A stretch of DNA of 52,689 nucleotides. It comes from Acidobacteriota bacterium (GTDB taxonomy: Bacteria > Acidobacteriota > UBA6911 > JACQSX01). The translations under genes and the position numbers were made by a program. The DNA is taken from assembly GCA_036507075.1 (NCBI GenBank), contig DASXQR010000160.1:1-52689 (forward strand). Direction: 5' to 3'. Every line of letters begins with the position of its first letter. The first letter of the stretch is position 1. This document shows, in pieces, positions 1-7,429 of this stretch. A model generated the notes under the pieces. The model made no database searches. It saw only the letters and a list, made by a program, of their open reading frames with translations, and had not been told where the DNA came from.

Positions 1-142
1 GCGTCTACGGCAGCTGAGTCGCGCGCGTGAGAAAAAGGACTTTCCAAAGAAATACTGTCACTGGTAGATGCGGAAAGGTTGGCCTGAGAAGGCCAAAATA
101 TTGACTGGTGCGACTGTTACCCTAGGAGCGTCCGCCTACCCC

Positions 143-240
143 GCTTTCCGCTTTCCACTTTCTGCCTTCCGCCCTCTGCTTTCCGCCTTCCGCTTTCCGA
201 CTTCTGCCTTCCGCTTTCCGCCTTCCGCTTTCTGCCTTCC
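143..240. repeat. Tandem heptamer array, 14 x GCYTTCC-like units
   Basis: Units read directly: gctttcc gctttcc actttct gccttcc gccctct gctttcc gccttcc gctttcc gacttct gccttcc gctttcc gccttcc gctttct gccttcc. Confidence 0.95.
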
Positions 241-447
241 GGCGCCCCATCTTGCCCTTTTTGCCACCCATGCTACTTTGGTGCCAGGGGGGAGCCCGAG
301 AGTTTAAGAGAGGGGATCCCTGTTGCTATCAAGGTGCGCAACTGCGTACACCAGTCGGCAAGAACGACGATGCTTGGTCGAAGTTCTGTTTTGGCCTTCC
401 GTTGCCGCTGATCCGGATCCCCATTCAAGAGACGACTCGATCGAAAC

Positions 448-1575
448 ATGGAACCTCAAACAAGCGGCCGAGCCGACTCGGAGGTTGGTATGTTTTCTCC
501 CGGGATAACAAAGAATGGGATGTTGCAAAATGCGCGAATTCTGATCGTCGATGATCAGGAGGATCATGTTCAACAGTTGCGGCAGATGTTGGAAGCTGCC
601 GGATACTCCAATATTTGCACGGTGGTGGATCCACGCCTCTTTCTAACCATTTATCTTGATTTTCACCCCGACCTGATCCTGCTCGATATCTACATGCCAT
701 GGATGAACGGCTACGAGATCATGGAGCATTTGGAGCCCCGCATCGCCACGCGGGGCTATCTTCCGATTGTCGGTCTGACCGGCGATCACTCTCCCGAGAC
801 ACGGCATAAAGCTTTGTCCATGGGAGCGATGGATTTTCTGGTAAAGCCCTTTGATCCGGTAGAGGTATTGCTGCGCATTCGTAATCTGCTGGAGACGCGC
901 TTCCTCCATTTGCAGCTCCAGAACCAGAATCAGATTCTGGAGGAAAAGGTGCAGCAAAGAACGCGTGAGATGGAAGAAGAAAGATTGGCCAGAATAGCGG
1001 AGTTTCGTGATGATGGAACGGGACGGCATACCGAGCGTGTGGGCAAGGCTTCCGCCCTTCTGGCCGAGGCTCTGGGCATGTCCGAAGAACAGGTAAGCAT
1101 GATAAGACGCGCGGCGCCTTTACATGACGTGGGAAAGATAGGGATTCCTGACTCCATTCTTCTCAAACCCGGAGAGCTCACTCCGGATGAGTTTGAGTTT
1201 ATGAAGAATCATACTTTGATCGGCGCCAGAATCCTGACCGGAAGCCGCTTTCCCCCGCTGCAACTGGCCGAGGAGATTGCCCTGACGCATCACGAGCGCT
1301 GGGATGGCGAAGGTTATAACCATTTAAAACAGGACTCCACTCCCTTGGCTAGCAGAATCGTTGCGTTGACGGATGCGTTTGACGCCCTCACGCATGACCG
1401 CCCTTACCGAAAGGCCTGCTTGGTTGAAGATGCCCTGAAGGAAATAGAAGACGAGCGCGGCAGGCAATTCGATCCCATACTGGTCGACGTTTTCCTTGGT
1501 CTGGTTCCCCAGATTACCCGGTCCTCGGATGACGACAGAGTCGAAACCTGTCTCGTGGAAGACCCCCGCGACTGA
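448..1575 (+). CDS. Response regulator with HD-GYP-type phosphodiesterase domain (RpfG-like)
   Basis: REC domain ([27 protein letters not shown]), coiled coil, then [40 protein letters not shown]; exact start uncertain. Confidence 0.92.
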   Translation: MEPQTSGRADSEVGMFSPGITKNGMLQNARILIVDDQEDHVQQLRQMLEAAGYSNICTVVDPRLFLTIYLDFHPDLILLDIYMPWMNGYEIMEHLEPRIATRGYLPIVGLTGDHSPETRHKALSMGAMDFLVKPFDPVEVLLRIRNLLETRFLHLQLQNQNQILEEKVQQRTREMEEERLARIAEFRDDGTGRHTERVGKASALLAEALGMSEEQVSMIRRAAPLHDVGKIGIPDSILLKPGELTPDEFEFMKNHTLIGARILTGSRFPPLQLAEEIALTHHERWDGEGYNHLKQDSTPLASRIVALTDAFDALTHDRPYRKACLVEDALKEIEDERGRQFDPILVDVFLGLVPQITRSSDDDRVETCLVEDPRD

Positions 1576-1579
1576 GGGG

Positions 1580-1684
1580 TTGAGCACGGAGTTGAGCACG
1601 AATTACACGAATTACACGAAGTTATTATGAAAGATTCGTGAAATTCGTGTAATTCGTGAAATTCGTGATCAACTTCGTGGTCAA
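1580..1684. repeat. 9-bp-period inverted repeat element (CACGAATTA type) between convergent genes
   Basis: ttgagcacggagttgagcacgaattacacgaattacacgaa ... ttcgtgtaattcgtgaaattcgtgatcaacttcgtggtcaa; right arm contains the stop codon of the minus-strand gene. Confidence 0.9.
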
Positions 1685-2829
1685 CTCTCCCAGGTCTCTT
1701 CGATACGAATCCCTCGTTTCTCCAACTCGCGGACAAACCTTTCTGCAGGGACGCAGCGCTCCTGAGATTTTGCTCCCTTTTCAAGGGTCTCTCCGGCCGC
1801 CATCATCTGCGCTATGATGGAAGCGGGAAAGGCCGTGGTCCGCATCATGGCGCTTAAGCCTGTCTTTTCGTCAAACCAATCGATGATGTCATAGCGAAGC
1901 GTACCTCTCCGGCCATCCTTCATGCCGGTGAATTCCAGTCGTATCAGCACAACGTCCGGTTCATCGGCGGGAAGCTTGCTCAGCAGCAACTCACCCAACA
2001 GGCGCCGCGGAACCAGGCGCACTCCGCCGATCATTCGTTCCCCGCTGCCGGCCAGTCCCAGATCAATGAGCAGCTTGAACTTTTCACAATGGCCGGGATA
2101 CCGGATTGTCTTGTAATCGAGCGCGCGCAGGCGGCCCAGATAAGTTTCCGGCAGTGTCGAAGTGCCACCCGAAGTCTGAAACGCCTCCATCTTCTGAAAC
2201 GGAGCTGGAAAGCGGAGTTCTTCAATCTCGGTCATCGACTCGATCTCCACAATACTTCCCTGCCGCAACACTCGGGCCGGCTCCACATATTCATTGATCA
2301 AACCCTCGACTGAGAAAACAATCTGGTAGTCGAGCGGCGGTTTGGGATTTTGGGGAAGTCCGCCCACGCGAATATGAAGCTCTTCGGGCTGTTCGAAGCG
2401 AGCGATTCCGTGCGCTGCCAGAATGCACACCATTCCCGGGGCCAGGCCGCAGTCAGGGATGATATTAACGCCGGCCCTGGCGGCTTCCGCATTCAGTGCC
2501 AGTTCGGCATCGACCACTGTGTTATTGCCGCCTAAGTCGCAGAAATTCGATCGCGCCTGAATGGCCGCCTTCGCCAGTTGAAGATTATGGTGGTACACCA
2601 CGCAACTGACGACGGAATGGTGTTCTCTCATCAGCTCGACGGTCCTGGAAGAATCGGCCACATCGAGCTGGACGGCAGATACTTTTCCGGCTCCGATTTT
2701 CCTGCGCACGGCTTCCGCCCGCCCGATGTCTATGTCGGCGACCGTCACAGCTTCCACGTGCCGGCAGCGAGCCAGGTCGAAAACTGTCCCGAAACCCATC
2801 CGTCCTGCGCCCAAAACCAGAATTTTCAC
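1681..2829 (-). CDS. Saccharopine dehydrogenase / lysine 6-dehydrogenase family oxidoreductase
   Basis: Rossmann KILVLGAGRMG, DLGGN, DCGLAPG, FSVEGLINEY, YKTIRYPGH, SAMMRTT; GTG start at 2829 chosen because the longer ORF runs over a repeat and the opposite gene. Confidence 0.88.
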   Translation of the reverse strand: MKILVLGAGRMGFGTVFDLARCRHVEAVTVADIDIGRAEAVRRKIGAGKVSAVQLDVADSSRTVELMREHHSVVSCVVYHHNLQLAKAAIQARSNFCDLGGNNTVVDAELALNAEAARAGVNIIPDCGLAPGMVCILAAHGIARFEQPEELHIRVGGLPQNPKPPLDYQIVFSVEGLINEYVEPARVLRQGSIVEIESMTEIEELRFPAPFQKMEAFQTSGGTSTLPETYLGRLRALDYKTIRYPGHCEKFKLLIDLGLAGSGERMIGGVRLVPRRLLGELLLSKLPADEPDVVLIRLEFTGMKDGRRGTLRYDIIDWFDEKTGLSAMMRTTAFPASIIAQMMAAGETLEKGAKSQERCVPAERFVRELEKRGIRIEETWES

Positions 2830-2838
2830 AGCCACTCT

Positions 2839-2868
2839 CTTTGTGTCCTTTGTGTCTTTGTGGTGAGA
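2839..2868. repeat. Solo arm of 9-bp-period element
   Basis: ctttgtgtcctttgtgtctttgtggtgaga, same arm type as at 19343-19465 and 40552-40707. Confidence 0.8.
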
Positions 2869-2895
2869 ATTCGGCAAACACTTTAAGATGGTCGT

Positions 2896-3339
2896 ATGAA
2901 CAAGCCGGCGGCCGTCAAGCGGCTCCTCTTTGTCTGCGTCGAGAATTCCAACCGTAGCCAGATTGCTGAAGCGTTTGCCCGCGTTCATGGCCGTGGCCGC
3001 GTGCAAGTCTACAGTGCCGGGTCGCGGCCTTCCGGGGAGATAAACGCTCGCGCGATTGCATCCATGGCCGAGATCGGTTACGACCTCAGCCGCCATCATT
3101 CTAAGTCTCTTTCAGGAATACCGGATGTCGAATACGATTTTGTGGCAACCATGGGATGCGGCGATCAGTGCCCGCTGGTGCGAGCCAGGAAGAGGGAAGA
3201 CTGGGCCATTCCGGATCCCAGGGAAATGACGCCCGGCGAATTCCGCGAAGTACGCGATCTCATCGAGCAGCATGTGCTGCGGGTTCTGGACATGCTGCAA
3301 CATGAATCCCCGGTGCCAGCAACCACACCCCACACGTAG
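2896..3339 (+). CDS. arsC: Arsenate reductase ArsC / low-molecular-weight phosphatase family
   Basis: LLFVCVENSNRSQIAE (CX5R P-loop), SAGS, HHSKSL, TMGCGDQCP, DWAIPDP; no ars operon context, so substrate is uncertain. Confidence 0.78.
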   Translation: MNKPAAVKRLLFVCVENSNRSQIAEAFARVHGRGRVQVYSAGSRPSGEINARAIASMAEIGYDLSRHHSKSLSGIPDVEYDFVATMGCGDQCPLVRARKREDWAIPDPREMTPGEFREVRDLIEQHVLRVLDMLQHESPVPATTPHT

Positions 3340-3359
3340 CGACGCGGCATGCCACTACG
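3336..3359. repeat. GTAG-type REP-like palindrome
   Basis: gtagcgacgcggcatgccactac; its TAG is the stop of the ArsC-like gene. Confidence 0.7.
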
Positions 3360-3367
3360 CGAATTCC

Positions 3368-4297
3368 CTACTTGCCGGTACGGATCCAGTCAAGAACCTT
3401 CTGATACTCAGGCGATCCCTTGACCCAACGCACACCGCCTCCATGTGAATCCGGCCGCGCCACTTCACTTTCATCCGGCGGCGCAGGGCTGCTGGGCTTC
3501 ACCAGAAGCAGGCTCTTTTCCGGCTCGCTCAGGTTGATGACCCTCAGTGAGGAACGGTATTGCGCCATGATCTGCTCGTTGGTCGCCTTCCCGGATTCGG
3601 TGGCATTGAGACGAAAGATGGGGTGCGTGTCGTGGCAGTGGTGGCATGCCTTCTCGTCGCTTCCCAGCACCTCGAAAAGCGGTTGAACGTTCTGTTTGAA
3701 GGAGTCAAAGTCAGGCAGCTTGATTTTCTTGCCCTGAAAATCCGGCCTGCGGGCCAACGCCTCGTTGATGGCAGGATTCTCCTGCAGCGATTTGTCGCTG
3801 TTCACAATTGTATACGCTGTATCGGCGACCGTCTTGTCCGAATCGACCAATGTCTCGCTCAGAAGGCTGAGCACGCGCATATCCCGGACCATTCCGTGCT
3901 TAACCGCAAAGTCCAGGATGATCTTCTTTTTTTGTGCGTCACGGCTGGAAAAAGCTACGTTGAGCCGGCGCGCGATGTTGGGATCGTCGCTTAATCTGGG
4001 GGCGCGCATGGCCACTTCGAAAGCGGCTTCGAAAATCTGCAGATCGCGCGAGGTGAGAGAGCGAAAAATCTTCATTCGCACATCCTTCTCTTCCAGCGCC
4101 TCAGGAGCATTAAGCAAAGCGCGGAAAGCGTCGGCCCCCGCGTCGTCCGCCAGAAAGGCGTCGCGAATCTTGGCGGCCTGTTCGCTCTGCGCCAGAGTTG
4201 CAGGCCGCGCGTTGATTTCAATTGCCTGGATTGCGGCAAAAGCCGCGATGGCGGCGCTCAGGACAAAAAGACCTGGCATCGAGAATTTAGAGTTCAT
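3368..4297 (-). CDS. Exported hypothetical protein with helical (HEAT-like) region and one c-type heme motif
   Basis: Signal-peptide-like N-terminus, CHHCH, SLLLVKPS...HGGGVRW, RBS GGGAG. Confidence 0.8.
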   Translation of the reverse strand: MNSKFSMPGLFVLSAAIAAFAAIQAIEINARPATLAQSEQAAKIRDAFLADDAGADAFRALLNAPEALEEKDVRMKIFRSLTSRDLQIFEAAFEVAMRAPRLSDDPNIARRLNVAFSSRDAQKKKIILDFAVKHGMVRDMRVLSLLSETLVDSDKTVADTAYTIVNSDKSLQENPAINEALARRPDFQGKKIKLPDFDSFKQNVQPLFEVLGSDEKACHHCHDTHPIFRLNATESGKATNEQIMAQYRSSLRVINLSEPEKSLLLVKPSSPAPPDESEVARPDSHGGGVRWVKGSPEYQKVLDWIRTGK

Positions 4298-4337
4298 TTA
4301 ACAAATCTCCCTAATAGATAAATATAGCAACCTGGAA

Positions 4338-4367
4338 ATTATATGGAGCGCCCCAGGGCAGGGTCAA
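4338..4367 (-). promoter_or_regulatory. Sigma70-type promoter for the 3368-4297 gene
   Basis: Minus strand TTGACC-N18-TATAAT, 40 bp upstream of the ATG. Confidence 0.6.
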
Positions 4368-4400
4368 ACGCTGATGAATGCGGGGCCGGCACAGTCAGCG

Positions 4401-4457
4401 GCTTGGTGTCTTGGTGTCTTGGTGGTTCAATTCTTTTTGACCACCAAGGCACCAAGC
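4401..4457. repeat. 9-bp-period element, arms back-to-back (CACCAAG type)
   Basis: gcttggtgtcttggtgtcttggtggtt caattcttttt gaccaccaaggcaccaagc. Confidence 0.88.
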
Positions 4458-4494
4458 GAACTTTCATAATGCAAAATCCATAACAGTTGCCAAC

Positions 4495-4908
4495 TTATTC
4501 CTTGTACAGCCACGCTCCTAAAACTGTCGCGAGCGGTACTTCAACCAGTCCCCACACAAGGGCCGTCAGCATCATCTGTCGCGGAAAGATATCCAGGCCT
4601 ATCATACCGACGGTGGGATAAAAGTAGGCGAAGGCCCACGCGGCCAACCCGGCGCAGATGGCCGTCTTTGGCCCCACCCCGTAGCGCGGCCGGATGGCCG
4701 CATACAGCCAGACACACAAAATCCCGAGCACGAATCCGAGAACGACGAACCAGATAATCGCCTGACTGCCTATCTCCGGCCTGTTGATTGTCTGCATGAC
4801 AGGCTTCCAGTCAAGTATCCGGTCGTTGAGAATATACTCACCGGCATTGATGATCAGGCCTGCCAGCAAACCACCGAGAAGAACGCGCGCAGTGTTGATA
4901 CTTCCCAT
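4495..4908 (-). CDS. Small integral membrane protein of unknown function
   Basis: 137 aa, about four hydrophobic segments, LYAAIRPRYG motif, strong RBS GGAGGTGAGG. Confidence 0.85.
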   Translation of the reverse strand: MGSINTARVLLGGLLAGLIINAGEYILNDRILDWKPVMQTINRPEIGSQAIIWFVVLGFVLGILCVWLYAAIRPRYGVGPKTAICAGLAAWAFAYFYPTVGMIGLDIFPRQMMLTALVWGLVEVPLATVLGAWLYKE

Positions 4909-5209
4909 GCCTCACCTCCGAAGCTAGGCTTTCAAACCTGACTGTTGATTGGGAAAAAAGAAACGACCGGGGGTATTGTACTACTAACTACTGGAATTTT
5001 GTGATGGAAAGGCAGAGAGCCCTTTGGGACCGGAGAGACGGCCTGAGGGCCGTCTCAGCTTGGCAATTTACATCCGCTACGGAGCCGTAAGCCTTAGTTC
5101 CAAAAAAGAGTCATGGAGGATATAACTGGACAGGGGCTCGTCTGGAGAATGACGTCGTCACGGTTCCTCCGATTTCTCTACGCTGCGTCGTTTTCAGCAC
5201 GCCGCGGAC

Positions 5210-6265
5210 TCACTTTGCCGGCGCTGTATTCCGTTCCCCGCCCCCGTGCGTTTTGCCGCATAATGGGCATGGGGTAGGCGGCTCGTCGTTGTCAACCCGG
5301 TGCGTCACCGGCTTGAGAGAGCGCAGGAAAGCAAAGATCGCCTTCAGGTCCGAATCCGTCATGCTTTTAAAATATGCCCACGGCATGGCTGAATCGAGCT
5401 GGCGCACTCCGTTGACCGCGCCGGCGCGAATCGTCTTCACGAACATGTCCGGGTCATAGTAAGGAATGCCCGAGGGATCGCGCGTCAAATTGGCGCTGGC
5501 AACCATGGATATTCCCGCCGGCGTCAGATTCGCGCTCGCGACTGTATTGTGCGCGCCGGAGTGCGAGCGGAGAACTTCACCGCCCGCAAATTCCATGCCC
5601 GGAATAGGTACGGCATTTACTTTCGGTGTGTGGCAACCGGCGCACTGGGCCATCCCCACCAGATACTGTCCACGCTTGACTGGATCGGACATTTCGGGTC
5701 CGGGAACCCGTCCTGGATCAGGGAGCGGCTTAGACCGCGCTGCGACCTCTTCCGGAACCACCATCTTCGGCAACGTGTTCTTGACGGCAGCGATCGAGCG
5801 GACATATACGATGATGGAAGCCAGGTCGTCGTCGGAGATATTCCGAAAATAACGGTAAGGCATCATGGTTATGAGTGTCCGGCCGTCATGTCCGATTCCC
5901 TGCCGCAGCACTCGAACAAAGTCTTCATCCTTCCATGAGCCTGCTCCTGTCTCAATGTCAGGAGAAATATTCGGAATGGTTACATCGAATGTACGACGCC
6001 CTTCCGCTTTGACGAATCGGCCTCCGCCTTTTTTTCCCGAAATGGGAAGCCGCGTCTTCTGGTCAACTTCAGAGTGGCACATAAAGCAGTGCGCCACTCC
6101 CTCGACCAGATAACGGCCTCGCACCAGCCGTGACTTGGTGGGCTTGAACGGGGGCTCGGTGTCGCTTCCCACGACCACCAGGCAAAACGGCAGCAATGCG
6201 AATATAGAGAAGCAAATTTTTTTCGTAACGATCCCTCGTCGCGCTCTTTGCACACCGTATTTCAT
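5210..6265 (-). CDS. Exported diheme c-type cytochrome
   Basis: RGRYLV..CFMCH, PNISPD.ETGAG.W, MMPY, RGQYLV..CAGCHTP, AMPW; C-terminal CPLCGKTH; ATG at 6265 with RBS AGGAGG. Confidence 0.9.
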   Translation of the reverse strand: MKYGVQRARRGIVTKKICFSIFALLPFCLVVVGSDTEPPFKPTKSRLVRGRYLVEGVAHCFMCHSEVDQKTRLPISGKKGGGRFVKAEGRRTFDVTIPNISPDIETGAGSWKDEDFVRVLRQGIGHDGRTLITMMPYRYFRNISDDDLASIIVYVRSIAAVKNTLPKMVVPEEVAARSKPLPDPGRVPGPEMSDPVKRGQYLVGMAQCAGCHTPKVNAVPIPGMEFAGGEVLRSHSGAHNTVASANLTPAGISMVASANLTRDPSGIPYYDPDMFVKTIRAGAVNGVRQLDSAMPWAYFKSMTDSDLKAIFAFLRSLKPVTHRVDNDEPPTPCPLCGKTHGGGERNTAPAK

Positions 6266-6306
6266 ACATTCCTCCTGGAAATTAGGGGACTGTCCCCATT
6301 TACCAT

Positions 6307-6447
6307 CTAATTGGGAGAGGCACGATTCATCTCGCCGCCGCCGTACTTTTGGCCGCACAGCTTGCAGTAGGTTGCCGGTTCATCGTTGTCGACACGGTGC
6401 GAAACCGGTTTGAGCGTCCGCAGGAATGCAAAGATGGCCTTCAGATC
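6307..6447 (-). pseudogene. 3' remnant of a tandem paralogue of the diheme cytochrome c
   Basis: DLKAIFAFLRTLKPVSHRVDNDEPATYCKLCGQKYGGGEMNRASPN* aligns with the C-terminus DLKAIFAFLRSLKPVTHRVDNDEPPTPCPLCGKTHGGGERNTAPAK* of 5210-6265; upstream part replaced by repeats. Confidence 0.9.
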
Positions 6448-6526
6448 CCTCGTACTTTCCCCTTTCGTAGCGCAACTCGGCTCCGCCGCGCCTCGGCCGC
6501 TTTGGAGGCTGAGGTGCAGCAAACCC

Positions 6527-6661
6527 GTAGAGACGCGATACATCGCGTCTGAGGCGGGCGCGATAAATCGCGCCCATCGCCGCTTTGCGGCGCTCCGGAC
6601 GCGACCGCGTCTCTACGTCTGGAATGTCCAAACTCCAGGACACAGCATGCCGCGTCGCTAC
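6527..6661. repeat. Composite GTAG-REP cluster (BIME/REPIN-like)
   Basis: gtagagacgcgatacatcgcgtct, gggcgcgataaatcgcgccc, cgccgctttgcggcg, gacgcgaccgcgtctctac, gcatgccgcgtcgctac. Confidence 0.88.
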
Positions 6662-6677
6662 AAATGTCCAAAATCCG

Positions 6678-6932
6678 TCAGACCGGCAGCGAGTTACGGC
6701 AAACAAGCAGCGGTCCATCTTGTGTCTCTGTAAAGTGAAGGTTTCCGCATTCGATCCAGCGATAAATCACGCGGGTCGTGGTCCTGCTCAGTACGGCTGC
6801 CAAGTCTGGCGTGATCATATCTGATTCTTCGGCGCACTTTGAGCACCAGGACCGAACTCTTTTCTGAGAACCCCTGATCACGATCACCTCTTTTGCCTCC
6901 AGCACGACCTCGATCCTCCTTTTTCTCCTCAT
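6678..6932 (-). CDS. Small hypothetical protein with CxxC and excisionase-like HTH
   Basis: WCSKC...ITPDLAAVLSRTTTRVIYRWIECGNLH...LVCRNSL; start at 6932 (alternative 6968). Confidence 0.72.
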   Translation of the reverse strand: MRRKRRIEVVLEAKEVIVIRGSQKRVRSWCSKCAEESDMITPDLAAVLSRTTTRVIYRWIECGNLHFTETQDGPLLVCRNSLPV

Positions 6933-7058
6933 CCTCGCCCCTGTCGACCGGCTTGCCGGATTAGTCATGAATCTGCAGAACCAACTCCGATTCCAACCGC
7001 CCCCGCCCGCGAAAGGGCGTGATGCTCAAATTGACCGGATGCCGATTCGCCACAGTGC

Positions 7059-7152
7059 TTTCACCGCCGAGGCGCCGAGATCGCCAAGGTCCCGCAGAGC
7101 CTTCAATCCAGCCTCTGCGAAATCACGGCTTACTCCGCGCCTCGGCTGTAAA
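7059..7152. repeat. 9-bp-period inverted repeat element (CGCCGAG type), degenerate right arm
   Basis: tttcaccgccgaggcgccgagatcgccaagg ... cgcagag..ctctgcg ... ctccgcgcctcggctgtaaa. Confidence 0.8.
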
Positions 7153-7386
7153 TGCAAGGAAGCTCCTGTTCGCCGGGTGCCATGGTTTTGACGCCAGCCT
7201 TGTACTAAAATGGATGCGTCCAGAATCCTGAACCTTGTCTCGACGACTCAGAACAGTTGGAAGAATCTGACGTCAACGTCCAATTTTCTTCGGACCCGAC
7301 GCCGGAATAAACATCAAGACTGGGAAGCCGGGTTCCGTTCGCCGTTATTCATAGCCTGCAAGCGTTTCGGAAGTCCTTACAGGCAA

Positions 7387-7413
7387 CTGAGATTTTTCTG
7401 AGAGATTTCTGAG
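7387..7413. promoter_or_regulatory. Three CTGAG direct repeats at 11-bp spacing; candidate winged-helix binding site
   Basis: CTGAG at 7387, 7398 and 7409, immediately upstream of an OmpR/PhoB-type wHTH gene. Confidence 0.45.
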
Positions 7414-7429
7414 GAGCTCCTTCAAGGCC

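Noticed and set aside
70..130. Hairpin ttggcct-gaga-aggccaa upstream of an HD-GYP gene as a c-di-GMP riboswitch
   Set aside because: Only a GNRA-capped stem; the conserved class I/II core motifs and second stem are not recognisable.
68..307. 79-aa ORF with SAFRFP repeats
   Set aside because: Translation of the heptamer array; no RBS or protein features.
2830..3099. Long N-terminal extensions in the ORF track (also 9291, 13346, 17916, 30886, 39213, 44603)
   Set aside because: They run through repeat elements or opposite genes; downstream starts fit RBS, signal peptides or domain boundaries better.
5035..5056. Hairpin gagacggcc-tgag-ggccgtctc as a terminator
   Set aside because: No U-tract and about 150 bp from the upstream stop; function cannot be supported.
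6973..6990. Sigma54 promoter (GG-N10-GC) for the small HTH gene
   Set aside because: Spacing fits but flanking bases match TGGCAC/TTGC poorly.
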